Source: Desulfosudis oleivorans Hxd3
GTDB lineage: Bacteria; Desulfobacterota; Desulfobacteria; Desulfobacterales; Desulfosudaceae
Length of the DNA stretch: 32,000 nt
Direction of reading: 5' to 3'
Assembly: GCF_000018405.1 (NCBI RefSeq)
Contig: NC_009943.1
Location: 240,417 to 272,416, forward strand
Program-made: the position numbers and the translations under genes
Shown here: piece after piece, positions 8,630-16,452 of the stretch
How the letters are laid out: every line of letters begins with the position of its first letter
How positions within the stretch are numbered: the first letter of the stretch is position 1
The notes under the pieces: model-generated
What the model saw: the letters and a program-made list of their open reading frames with translations, nothing else
Told to the model about the DNA's origin: nothing
Databases searched by the model: none

Positions 8630-10492
8630 TTAATTGTTTAAACTGCCTGAAAACTCCTGTTCCGCCAACTTGCGGATCTCTTTTTTATTCAGCTTCTGCA
8701 CCTCGGTGAGGGGCATGGCATCCACTATTTTTACGGCCTTGGGAACCGCATACTTGGGCACCCGTTCCCGAAGAAAGGAGATGATCTCCTCGGGGGTCAG
8801 CTTTTCCTTATACGCATCGGTGGGCTGCACATAGGCCACCACCCGTTCGCTGCCCTCCCGTTCAGGGTCCGGAATACCCACGGTGGCGCCCATCTCCACG
8901 CCGGGGTGACCGGCGAGAATGTCGTCGATTTCCCGTGTATACACCTTGTAGCCGGAGACGTTGACCATGTCCTTGGTGCGGTCGACAATATAAAAGTAAC
9001 CGTCCTTGTCCACTGTTACAACGTCGCCGGTGTGAATATAACCGTCTGCATCCATTCCGCTGCCCGGATCCGGCCAGTAGCCCAGCATGCGCTGGGGGCC
9101 TTTCAGGCACATCTCACCGCGCTTGCCGGCAATAATGTCCTCGGGGGTAAGGATTGCGCCGGTATCCACGTCAACCAGCAGGATTTCCGTGTCCGGAAAC
9201 GGAATACCGGACGTACCACGTTTTTCAATGGATGGTTTTTTCTTTTCTTTTGTTTTTCCGGTGCGGTTGACGGTAAAGGAGACAAACCCACCAAAGGCCT
9301 TGCCTACGGCCTTGGGGCCGATCAGCCGCATGCCCCGGTTCAACAGAAACGCGGACCCCGGCAGGCCGAGGGCCGTGCTGTTGAGGCGCTGGGGAATACG
9401 TCCGCCGGCCAGCCGCAACAGAAAAGAGGTGTTCAGGTGCGTGCACGGCGACATCTCGGACAATCCGTATCCCTCCATGATGGCGCCGCTTGACTGCTTT
9501 TCAAACTTTTCCTGGGTACTCGGCGGAAGCGGCGCGGATCCGGAAACCCCGAGCATGCCCATCCCCTGGAGCTCTTCCTGGGCGATCTTGAGGAACTGGG
9601 TCGGAACCCCCATCTGCATGAGGGGCCGGTATTCCTTGATCATTTCCACCATGACCTTGGAGTCACGGGCGTCGGTGATCAGTATCTGGTTGACGCCCAG
9701 CATGGTCATGACATGCATGATCATGTGGCCGTAAGAATGAAAAAGGGGCAAGCCGAGTAGAACGGAAATTGCCCCTTTTAATATTTTGTGCGCCGCTCCC
9801 TGGGCCCAGCAGGACTGCATGCTGTTGGCGTAGATGTTGCGATGGGTCAGCATGCATCCCTTGGGCAGCCCGGTGGTGCCGCCGGTAAACAGCAGCAGCT
9901 CCAGGTCCTTTTCAACATCAAAGTCTACCCGGGGCGGATTGGGCGGTGTGTTGGCGATCAGGTCGGCCATCCATACGGCGTTGGGAATATCCAGGGCCTT
10001 ATGGGTGGCCGGCGGGTTTAAAGAGTAGTCATCCAGGCTCGACACAATCAGGTGTTCTATTCCGGTACTTTTCATCACCTCCACGGCAATGTCCAGATAC
10101 TCGTCCAGGCAGATGAGCGCCCTGGGCGAGCCCTTGGAGAATTTGTGTTCGAGCGTACTGGGCGGCTCAAGCGAGCTGCTGGGAATCTGGACGAGTCCTG
10201 CCTTGGCAATGGCGTAATCCGCGATCACAAACTGAATGCTTGTGGGAAGGATGGTCGCCACCCGTTCTCCCTTTTTCAGCCCCATGGCCGCCAGGGCCGT
10301 GGCCAGCCGGTCCGCGTGGTCCTTTGCTTCAGGATAGGTCATCTTGAAGTTGTTCTGGATGAGCCCCGTTTTCTTGAACCGGGCGGCGGTGTCGTCCAGA
10401 ATGTCACCCACGGACTTGTTCGGATACGGCTCCAGGGATTGCGGAATACCAAAAACCTTGTACTCTTTAAACCACGGCATCTGTGCGCTCAA
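8630..10492 (-). CDS. AMP-forming acyl-CoA synthetase (fatty-acid-CoA ligase family)
   Basis: AMP-binding motifs LLFTGGTTGLPKGCMLTHRN, GYGLSEMSP and TGDVVTVDKDGYFYIVDRTKDMVNVSGYKVY. The start is TTG at 10492 with GGAGG 7 nt upstream. It ends 25 nt before the thiolase start. Confidence 0.9.
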   Translation of the reverse strand: MSAQMPWFKEYKVFGIPQSLEPYPNKSVGDILDDTAARFKKTGLIQNNFKMTYPEAKDHADRLATALAAMGLKKGERVATILPTSIQFVIADYAIAKAGLVQIPSSSLEPPSTLEHKFSKGSPRALICLDEYLDIAVEVMKSTGIEHLIVSSLDDYSLNPPATHKALDIPNAVWMADLIANTPPNPPRVDFDVEKDLELLLFTGGTTGLPKGCMLTHRNIYANSMQSCWAQGAAHKILKGAISVLLGLPLFHSYGHMIMHVMTMLGVNQILITDARDSKVMVEMIKEYRPLMQMGVPTQFLKIAQEELQGMGMLGVSGSAPLPPSTQEKFEKQSSGAIMEGYGLSEMSPCTHLNTSFLLRLAGGRIPQRLNSTALGLPGSAFLLNRGMRLIGPKAVGKAFGGFVSFTVNRTGKTKEKKKPSIEKRGTSGIPFPDTEILLVDVDTGAILTPEDIIAGKRGEMCLKGPQRMLGYWPDPGSGMDADGYIHTGDVVTVDKDGYFYIVDRTKDMVNVSGYKVYTREIDDILAGHPGVEMGATVGIPDPEREGSERVVAYVQPTDAYKEKLTPEEIISFLRERVPKYAVPKAVKIVDAMPLTEVQKLNKKEIRKLAEQEFSGSLNN

Positions 10493-10615
10493 CGATATAC
10501 CTCCCTCTGGCGTTTGTGGGTTTGAAACATCTTTTCGTGCCTTTCGGCCGCTGATACCAGAATTTTTGTCGTACCACTATATGGGATATAAATTGTACCG
10601 TCTACTCTTTTTTGC

Positions 10616-11176
10616 TTAGGTAAACAGGGGCTGTGTCTGCATGGCAAAGGCCATGTCCCCTTCGATCTGCATGCCGCCGGACATGAACAGGTTTACCGGG
10701 TTGGTCTCCTTTTTTACCAGGGCGATGGAGTCCGCTGTTTTCATCTTGAAGGTTGCGGCCGGGGTGTCAGCACCGTTGAAAACGGTTTTGATCGATACGG
10801 CGCTGCCGTCGTCATTGGCCAGCTGGGCCATGAAGCTGCCTTTAAGGGTCTGAAGCGTGTTGTACTTACGCTTGTTCAGGTCGCTCTGAATGCCCAGCAG
10901 CATGTCCAGGCTGTTGGTTTCGATCATTTTCTGAAGGTCTTCAGCGGTAATGCTGATTCGGACCAGGGGGTTGTCCAGGTCGCCTTCCTTGACGTCAAAC
11001 TCGGTGCCGTCTTTCACCACGTAGGCAAATTTGTCCCCGGAAACCTCGACCACCATGGTGAACTCAGTGCCGGCCAGTTCAGTGGCGGCGCCGCTTTCAG
11101 CGATCGTTTTTTTTGCCAGGTTGGGGGAAAAGTCCAGAAGAAGTTCTTTTACGCTGATTCCTGCAGGTATATCCAT
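10616..11176 (-). CDS. SCP2 (sterol carrier protein 2)-like lipid-binding domain protein
   Basis: The C-terminal NPVNLFMSGGMQIEGDMAFAMQ matches the SCP2-family F-M-x-G-K-L-K-I-x-G-(N/D)-M motif. AAGGAGA RBS lies 8 nt upstream of the ATG. Confidence 0.7.
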   Translation of the reverse strand: MDIPAGISVKELLLDFSPNLAKKTIAESGAATELAGTEFTMVVEVSGDKFAYVVKDGTEFDVKEGDLDNPLVRISITAEDLQKMIETNSLDMLLGIQSDLNKRKYNTLQTLKGSFMAQLANDDGSAVSIKTVFNGADTPAATFKMKTADSIALVKKETNPVNLFMSGGMQIEGDMAFAMQTQPLFT

Positions 11177-11402
11177 AATATTATCTCCTTGCTGCCAGGC
11201 ACTCTGTCCTGACGGCTAAACAACCATTAATATTCATCCCATGTGTTTTCTGTCAACAAAAATCTGGTTCAAACCCGCCACACCAGAAGTGAAGGTGGGC
11301 TTTTTCAGAATGTGGTTTTTTCGATAGGACCTCCTTTCGTTTCGGGTTACCGGCAGCCGGTCAAAAAAGGCCGGTTGACAATGTTTTCAGTTTGGAGTAA
11401 AG

Positions 11403-11420
11403 AAACTGACATGTCAGTTT
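11403..11420. promoter_or_regulatory. Perfect 18-bp palindrome, candidate TetR operator
   Basis: AAACTGACATGTCAGTTT is its own reverse complement. It lies in the divergent region between the SCP2 cluster and the TetR gene. An extra half-site, TCAGTTT, is at 11387-11393 and a TTGACA hexamer is at 11375-11380. Confidence 0.5.
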
Positions 11421-11538
11421 TATTATTAACCACCATGCATGTCAAGAACAAAAAGCGTGTGTTGCTTTTTTATAAGAAGGGCGTAGCATAGAAAGCCGGT
11501 CAGCGGCGGCGCTGTTGACCGCATTTGAGAGGACAACC

Positions 11539-12156
11539 ATGAAAGCGGAAAAACGAAAAGACCTGATCCTGGCATGTTCGAAAAAACTGTTTGCAAAACA
11601 GGGGTTTTACAGGACACAAATTTCAGACATCATAGATGAAGCCAGGATTGCCAGGGGGACGATATACCAGTATTTTAAAAACAAAGAAGATATTTTTGTT
11701 TCCCTGCTGGAAGGCGCCTATGCCCAGTGGGAGCAGGCCGTTTCCCAGGCCGTGGCCGCCATTGACCTGAAAACCATCAAACCGGTGGATTACTTTCGGC
11801 TGCGCATACAAACAACACTGGAGTTTTTATTAGCTGATCCGGATATTTGCAGCATTGTCCTCTCCATGGGATTCGGTCTTCCCGAAGACCTGGAAAAAGC
11901 AACCCGCAAGCTTGAAAGCAAAATACGGGATATTGCGGTAAACGACTTCATGCTGGGCATTCACAACAATCATGTTCGAAAAAACATCAACATCGATCAT
12001 GCCGCCGAGATGATTGCCGGGGCCGCGTTCCGGTCGGCCTATTATATGCAGAAAAAGGCCAAAACCGGTGACCGGGCCGACATCGACACCATGACCGACG
12101 AAATCGTCAACCTGCTGGCGCCCGGCATCTTTCTTCCTGAATCCCTGAAACTGTGA
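11539..12156 (+). CDS. TetR/AcrR family transcriptional regulator
   Basis: N-terminal HTH signature ISDIIDEARIARGTIYQYFKNKEDIF. GAGAGGA lies upstream of the ATG at 11539. It is divergent from the acyl-CoA cluster. Confidence 0.85.
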   Translation: MKAEKRKDLILACSKKLFAKQGFYRTQISDIIDEARIARGTIYQYFKNKEDIFVSLLEGAYAQWEQAVSQAVAAIDLKTIKPVDYFRLRIQTTLEFLLADPDICSIVLSMGFGLPEDLEKATRKLESKIRDIAVNDFMLGIHNNHVRKNINIDHAAEMIAGAAFRSAYYMQKKAKTGDRADIDTMTDEIVNLLAPGIFLPESLKL

Positions 12157-12207
12157 GGCCGGTTGTTTGACAGCATAACATCTTTTGTTGCGCACACCCC
12201 CACTGCC

Positions 12208-13362
12208 TCACTCATCCAGCGAGCCCCGCTTGACCATGGTCTTGCCGAACTTTTCCGATATGGCCGACACCGACCGGTCCACCTGCTCCCACCGGGAGTC
12301 GCGGCGCGCCTCCCCGTCAAATAACTCCATCTGCACGCCCCCGGAGGTCACCACCAGTTCGGTAACGCCCACGCCGATCAACCGGACCTTCTGGGCAAGG
12401 GTCTGTTTTTCCAGGAGGGCGGACGCCTGCCGGTAAATGGTGTCCGAGGACTGGACCGGAGCGTCCAGGGTGGTTTGCCGGGTGGTTTGGGAAAAGTCGG
12501 CATATTTTATCTTGATAAACACCACCCGGGCCCGGGCGTTCAGCTTCTGAAGATGGCGGCATACGTCTCCGGCCTGGCGCAGCAGATGGTGCCGCAGTTC
12601 CTGTTTTTCCGCCGTGTCCCGGGAAAGGGTGGTCTCCTCGCTCACCGATTTTGCCGGATGCCACGGCACCACCCGGGAATCGTCGATTCCCCGGGAGAGT
12701 TCTTTTAATCGCCGGCCGAATTTTCCCAGCTTTTTGGAAAGCACTCCGTCTGGCAGCCGGACCACGTCGCCCAGGGTTTCAATGCCCATCAGGGCCAGCT
12801 GTTTTTTTGTGACCGACCCCACCCCCGGCACCTTGTGAACGGGCAGGGTTTCGATAAACCGGTCCGCCGCTTCGGGCAAAATCACCATCAGGCCGTCGGG
12901 CTTGTTCATGTCCGAGGCGATCTTGGCCAGGAACTTGATCGGCGCCACGCCCACCGAGCAGGTGATGCCGAGCGTGTCAAAGACCTGCTTCTTGATATTT
13001 TTTCCAATGGTTTCCGGGGTGCCGTGCAGCCGTTCGCATCCCGAGATGTCGAGGTAGGCCTCGTCAATGGAGACCTGCTCCACCAGGGGAGAGACCGCGT
13101 CCAGGATCTCCATGACCCGGGCAGACACCTCCTTGTAGCGTTCCATGCGCGGGGGCGCCACAATCGCGTCAGGACAGAGCTTTAAGGCCCGGGACATGGG
13201 CATGGCCGAGTGCACGCCAAAGACCCGGGCCTCGTAGCTGGCCGCTGCCACCACCCCCCGGCCCGAGCTTCTGCCAACCACCACGGCACGGCCTCGCCAC
13301 TCGGGGTGGTCCAGCTGCTCTACCGACGCGAAAAACGCGTCCATGTCAACATGAAGAATCAT
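12208..13362 (-). CDS. dinB: DNA polymerase IV (Y-family translesion polymerase)
   Basis: MILHVDMDAFFASVEQ carries the catalytic Asp pair. SIDEAYLD, ASDMNKPDG and the length (384 aa) are typical of DinB. Confidence 0.92.
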   Translation of the reverse strand: MILHVDMDAFFASVEQLDHPEWRGRAVVVGRSSGRGVVAAASYEARVFGVHSAMPMSRALKLCPDAIVAPPRMERYKEVSARVMEILDAVSPLVEQVSIDEAYLDISGCERLHGTPETIGKNIKKQVFDTLGITCSVGVAPIKFLAKIASDMNKPDGLMVILPEAADRFIETLPVHKVPGVGSVTKKQLALMGIETLGDVVRLPDGVLSKKLGKFGRRLKELSRGIDDSRVVPWHPAKSVSEETTLSRDTAEKQELRHHLLRQAGDVCRHLQKLNARARVVFIKIKYADFSQTTRQTTLDAPVQSSDTIYRQASALLEKQTLAQKVRLIGVGVTELVVTSGGVQMELFDGEARRDSRWEQVDRSVSAISEKFGKTMVKRGSLDE

Positions 13363-13384
13363 GATGGTTCCACACCACTATCCA

Positions 13385-13425
13385 AATCGGTATCGGTATC
13401 GCTATCGGTATCGAAATCGAGTCGG
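13385..13425. repeat. Imperfect hexanucleotide tandem repeat, (T/A)ATCG(G/C/A), about 6.8 units
   Basis: It reads AATCGG TATCGG TATCGC TATCGG TATCGA AATCGA GTCGG. It lies in the 106-bp spacer between the B12-like gene stop and the dinB start. Confidence 0.8.
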
Positions 13426-13468
13426 ACATACCGTTTCCAGATCATTGCATCTTGGACCGGACCCACTT

Positions 13469-13987
13469 TCAACATATCCGGTTCAGACCCAACACATACC
13501 GCACAAAGGCGGAGAGGTCCGGCAGGATCACGTAGGGTTTTTCCTTTTGTTCGCTCAAGGGCAGCATCCTGAAAACCGGGCCCCCGGCCAGAATGGTGGT
13601 AGCCCCCGGCATGCGCGGCGCAATCCCTTTATCCAGCAGGTCCATGGCATCTTCCCGCAGCACGGTCAGCCCGAGCAGGTCGGGACAACCGGTTTTGCAC
13701 TTTTCAACCAGAGCATCCGGCTCCATCAGCAGGCCCCACCGCTCTATTCGCATGCCGGCCACACCGGCGTAAAGCTCGATCAGGTCAAGGCCCATGCCGA
13801 TGCCATCGTCCAGGGTGGCGGTGGCAAGAACCGGGGGCCGGGGCCACAGGCCGGGAATGTTTTTGTCCTGCCGCCATTGGGCCATCTGTTTACCCACGGT
13901 GATCAGCCGGTGCCGGGAAAAAAGGCCCCGGGCCTCCCACGCGTTGCACAGCCGGGCAAGGGCCGTTTGCAGGCGGTTATCATGCAT
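13469..13987 (-). CDS. Cobalamin(B12)-binding-domain-like protein lacking the His ligand
   Basis: A Rossmann-like pattern, VLATATLDDGIGMGLDLI ... PDLLGLTVL ... TTILAGGPVF, parallels the D-x-H-x-x-G / S-x-L / G-G motifs of B12-binding domains. DDGIGMG has no His. The start overlaps the upstream NRDE gene stop by 8 nt. Confidence 0.5.
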   Translation of the reverse strand: MHDNRLQTALARLCNAWEARGLFSRHRLITVGKQMAQWRQDKNIPGLWPRPPVLATATLDDGIGMGLDLIELYAGVAGMRIERWGLLMEPDALVEKCKTGCPDLLGLTVLREDAMDLLDKGIAPRMPGATTILAGGPVFRMLPLSEQKEKPYVILPDLSAFVRYVLGLNRIC

Positions 13988-14765
13988 GGCCCACCTGGAA
14001 AGATATGCGTTTATCCTGGGTTTTCAGGCGGTCCCCGGCCCCGGGTTCAAACGTCCGCTCCACAAACAGGCCCCGGCCTTCGCCATCTATCAGGATCACC
14101 GACGAGCTGCGGGTGCCGTAATCCGGAGAGCGAATGAACATGGGCGAAAGCACCCGCTCCCAGGCGATGCCCACGCCCGTGTCCGGCAGCCGGTTGTCCG
14201 GCGGCATCGTTGTGTCGTGCAGAATCTCCAGCAGGTCGTCCGGAGAAAACGCTTTTCCCTTACTCAGCAGGCCCTTGAGCCTGTTCCTGCCGGTTTCCAC
14301 TTTGGGCCAGGGCGTGTCCAGCAGGTGGTTGGAAAGGCCGTGCAGGCCGGGGGAGATGCGGCGCACCTGCTGTTCCCTGTTGGAGTAATAAAACAGGCCA
14401 TCGTCCAGTGTTCCTGCGACCAGGTTGAAGCCGCTGTACGGCCGGTTTTCCTGCTGAAGATCAAGAAGGTATTGATCCGGAGCCGTAGTCCCCGAAAGAA
14501 AGTCGCTTACCAGCGCACCCCGTGAAGGGGCGGCCGGATTTGCCAGCCGGGGATCCCGGAAGTTGGTCACTGCGGCAAACCGGCCGGTGGTGGTAACACC
14601 CAGCCAGGTGCCGCCGGCCTTTTTGTCCCTTCCGGCCAGCACCCGGGGCGCGTCCTCCCAGAAGTCCAGCACCGCCGTGGGCCGGTCATAAAACTCGTCC
14701 CGGTTGGCAGCAAGGATAAACGGATAGTCGGCACGATACCGGTTGGCGATCAGGATAAGACACAT
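13980..14765 (-). CDS. NRDE family protein (TANGO2/DUF833-like)
   Basis: MCLILIANRYRADYPFILAANRDEFYDRPT contains the N-terminal Cys start and the literal NRDE signature. The start was chosen at 14765 rather than the ORF-track start at 14849. Confidence 0.8.
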   Translation of the reverse strand: MCLILIANRYRADYPFILAANRDEFYDRPTAVLDFWEDAPRVLAGRDKKAGGTWLGVTTTGRFAAVTNFRDPRLANPAAPSRGALVSDFLSGTTAPDQYLLDLQQENRPYSGFNLVAGTLDDGLFYYSNREQQVRRISPGLHGLSNHLLDTPWPKVETGRNRLKGLLSKGKAFSPDDLLEILHDTTMPPDNRLPDTGVGIAWERVLSPMFIRSPDYGTRSSSVILIDGEGRGLFVERTFEPGAGDRLKTQDKRISFQVGHA

Positions 14766-14882
14766 GAAAACAGTATATCCTTTTTTTGCGTTCCGGCAAC
14801 CGGGCAAAGGTAAAATCCGGAAAAAAAGCATGCTCTTTTTGATTGACATTTACCGCAAACTTTCATACACATACCCCACTGA

Positions 14883-14968
14883 TCCCCAGTAGCTCAGTCG
14901 GCAGAGTCCCGCCACGGCGGGATTAACCACCGAGCCGGTGGCCGGGAGGTCCGGCACCGAAACTGGGA
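14883..14968 (+). pseudogene. Decayed tRNA-Asn-like element (tRNA-like, not a functional cloverleaf)
   Basis: The first 24 nt, plus 5 nt of upstream flank, are identical to the tRNA-Asn 98 bp downstream. It retains TTAACCACCG and a CTGGGA acceptor complement. The anticodon arm is replaced by the tight hairpin CCCGCC-ACG-GGCGGG, and the T-arm by CCACC-GAGCC-GGTGG and GCCGG-GAGGT-CCGGC. Confidence 0.4.
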
Positions 14969-14980
14969 TAAATAGACTGA

Positions 14981-15056
14981 TCCCCAGTAGCTCAGTCGGC
15001 AGAGCAGGTGGCTGTTAACCACCGTGTCCGTGGTTCGAGTCCGCGCTGGGGAGCCA
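14981..15056 (+). tRNA. tRNA-Asn (anticodon GTT), CCA encoded
   Basis: Hand-folded 76-nt cloverleaf. Acceptor TCCCCAG/CTGGGGA, D-arm GCTC/GAGC, anticodon arm GGTGG-CTGTTAA-CCACC, 5-nt variable loop, T-arm CGTGG-TTCGAGT-CCGCG, discriminator G and CCA. Confidence 0.93.
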
Positions 15057-15066
15057 AATCATCCGA

Positions 15067-15094
15067 GGCAGCAGGAATCTCTGCTGCCTTTTTT
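15067..15094 (+). terminator. Rho-independent terminator after tRNA-Asn
   Basis: GGCAGCAG-gaatct-CTGCTGCC followed by TTTTTT. Confidence 0.8.
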
Positions 15095-15106
15095 ATTTGA
15101 TACCAT

Positions 15107-15295
15107 ATGTATTGGGTCTATATTCTGCAAAGCACTACAACTCAACGCTATTACTGCGGCTACACAGACGATCTAGACAGACGGTTAAAGCAACACAATG
15201 ATCCCGACTATCACGGTACCAGAACAACTAAAGTCTTTTCCGGCCCGTGGGAGCTGATCTGGCAACTAAACAAAATTCATTGGCAAGGACGTTGA
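15107..15295 (+). pseudogene. GIY-YIG nuclease family protein, apparently truncated (62 aa)
   Basis: MYWVYILQS...YYCGYTDDLDRRLKQHN is the GIY-YIG / RRL-x-x-HN signature. The ORF stops shortly after WELIW, so the C-terminal conserved part of the domain (after WELIW) is absent. Confidence 0.55.
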
Positions 15296-15468
15296 ATCCG
15301 CCCCTTGGTATCACCTGTTTAAAGGTGACCGCATTAATGATCATCATTTGACGTTGGCAGAAAAAAAGCTACAAAAAAGCAAATAAAATTTAAGCAATAA
15401 CAGGATGAAAACTTTTTATTGCACGGTAACAATTATAATGTTATCGTACAAAAAAAGGTTATTGCGCC

Positions 15469-16452
15469 ATGAAAAATCTGCCCCATGATTTTGAGGATTA
15501 TGTCAAAAAAGTGGCCGGGCTTTCCGTCACCTGGGGCGCCCCTGTGCCCAGAGCTTTGCCCCAATATCTGGCCCGGCAATATGCCCTGCATGAGGTTATC
15601 GTTGGTAAACGAATTTTTCTGGGTATCCTGCTCAAGGACAACAGCGAATTTAAGCCGGCCGCGTTTGTAAAGCACCTGCGGCAGCTTCTGGCGGATTCCG
15701 GCGGTCAGGAAGGGTATTGCCTGTTTGCCCGGGATTTGCCGGGGTATATCCGGCGACGCCTGGTGGAACGACAAATTCCCTTTGTCACGCCCGGCCAGCA
15801 GATGTATTGGCCGGCCCTGGGCCTGGCCGCCCAGGCCAGAAAAACCGGGAAAATGCCAGTTCCGGTGGAGGCCCTGTCTCCGGCCGCGCAAGCGGTTGTT
15901 ATTTACGCGTTAAACGGGAAAATAACCGGGCCGGTCACGCCCAAGGTGCTGGCCGGGGTTTTGGGATATGCCGGCATGACCATGTCCCGGGCGCTGGATG
16001 AGATCGAGGCCAATAACGTGGGCCGGGTGGCCCGCCAAGGCCGGGAACGGCTGCTTGATTTCCCGGGTGAACGCCGTGATCTGTGGCAGGCCGCCTTGCC
16101 GTATCTGCGATCTCCAGTGCGCAAAACAACGCGGATAAGAGAAAAAGCATGGCCTGTGAAAAGCCGCATTAAAGCCGGACAGACAGCGCTGGCGGAATTG
16201 AGTATGCTGGTCGCCCCTGCAGAGCCGGTCTATGCCATCGGTCGGCAGGCCTGGAAAAAACAGGCCAAAAGCATTGAACGCATTCCCGTGGAAGACGAAG
16301 GCACCTGCCGCGTTGAAATCTGGCGCTATGACCCAGCCCTGTTTGCCGAAGGCGGGAGGGTGGACCCGTTTTCCCTCTATCTCAGCCTGCGGGAAGAACA
16401 GGACGAGCGGGTTGAATCCGCCGCAGAAAAAATGGTGGAACAGGTCTTATGA
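15469..16452 (+). CDS. wHTH-containing partner protein, AbiEi-antitoxin-like (327 aa)
   Basis: A predicted winged HTH lies around VLGYAGMTMSRALDEIEANNVGRVARQGRERL. The stop overlaps the downstream nucleotidyltransferase start (ATGA at 16449-16452). TATAAT at 15434-15439 sits in an AT-rich leader. Confidence 0.45.
   Translation: MKNLPHDFEDYVKKVAGLSVTWGAPVPRALPQYLARQYALHEVIVGKRIFLGILLKDNSEFKPAAFVKHLRQLLADSGGQEGYCLFARDLPGYIRRRLVERQIPFVTPGQQMYWPALGLAAQARKTGKMPVPVEALSPAAQAVVIYALNGKITGPVTPKVLAGVLGYAGMTMSRALDEIEANNVGRVARQGRERLLDFPGERRDLWQAALPYLRSPVRKTTRIREKAWPVKSRIKAGQTALAELSMLVAPAEPVYAIGRQAWKKQAKSIERIPVEDEGTCRVEIWRYDPALFAEGGRVDPFSLYLSLREEQDERVESAAEKMVEQVL

Noticed and set aside
11243-11617. ORFs 11243..11491 (+) and 11426..11617 (-) in the TetR/SCP2 divergent region.
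   Set aside because: They lie in a promoter/operator region containing the palindrome. They have no RBS and odd composition, and the second overlaps the well-supported TetR start.
13440-13447. A shared octamer CAATGATC upstream of dinB (13440-13447, minus orientation) and upstream of lexA (17805-17812), considered as a LexA box.
   Set aside because: A single 8-mer shared between two regions of about 150 bp is expected by chance at appreciable frequency. It is not part of a clear dyad in either location.
13361-14525. Plus-strand ORFs 13361..14137 and 13794..14525 spanning the B12-like and NRDE genes.
   Set aside because: They overlap minus-strand genes that have a recognisable NRDE signature and coupled starts. 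The 13361 ORF begins by translating the hexamer microsatellite (RYRYRYRY), which is an artefact.
14883-14968. The upstream tRNA-like copy as a second functional tRNA, or a tRNA with an intron.
   Set aside because: No 7-nt anticodon loop can be formed because the stem closes a loop of at most 4 nt. The T-loop lacks TTCGA, and the acceptor stem needs a bulge. The extra sequence is far too short for a bacterial group I intron.
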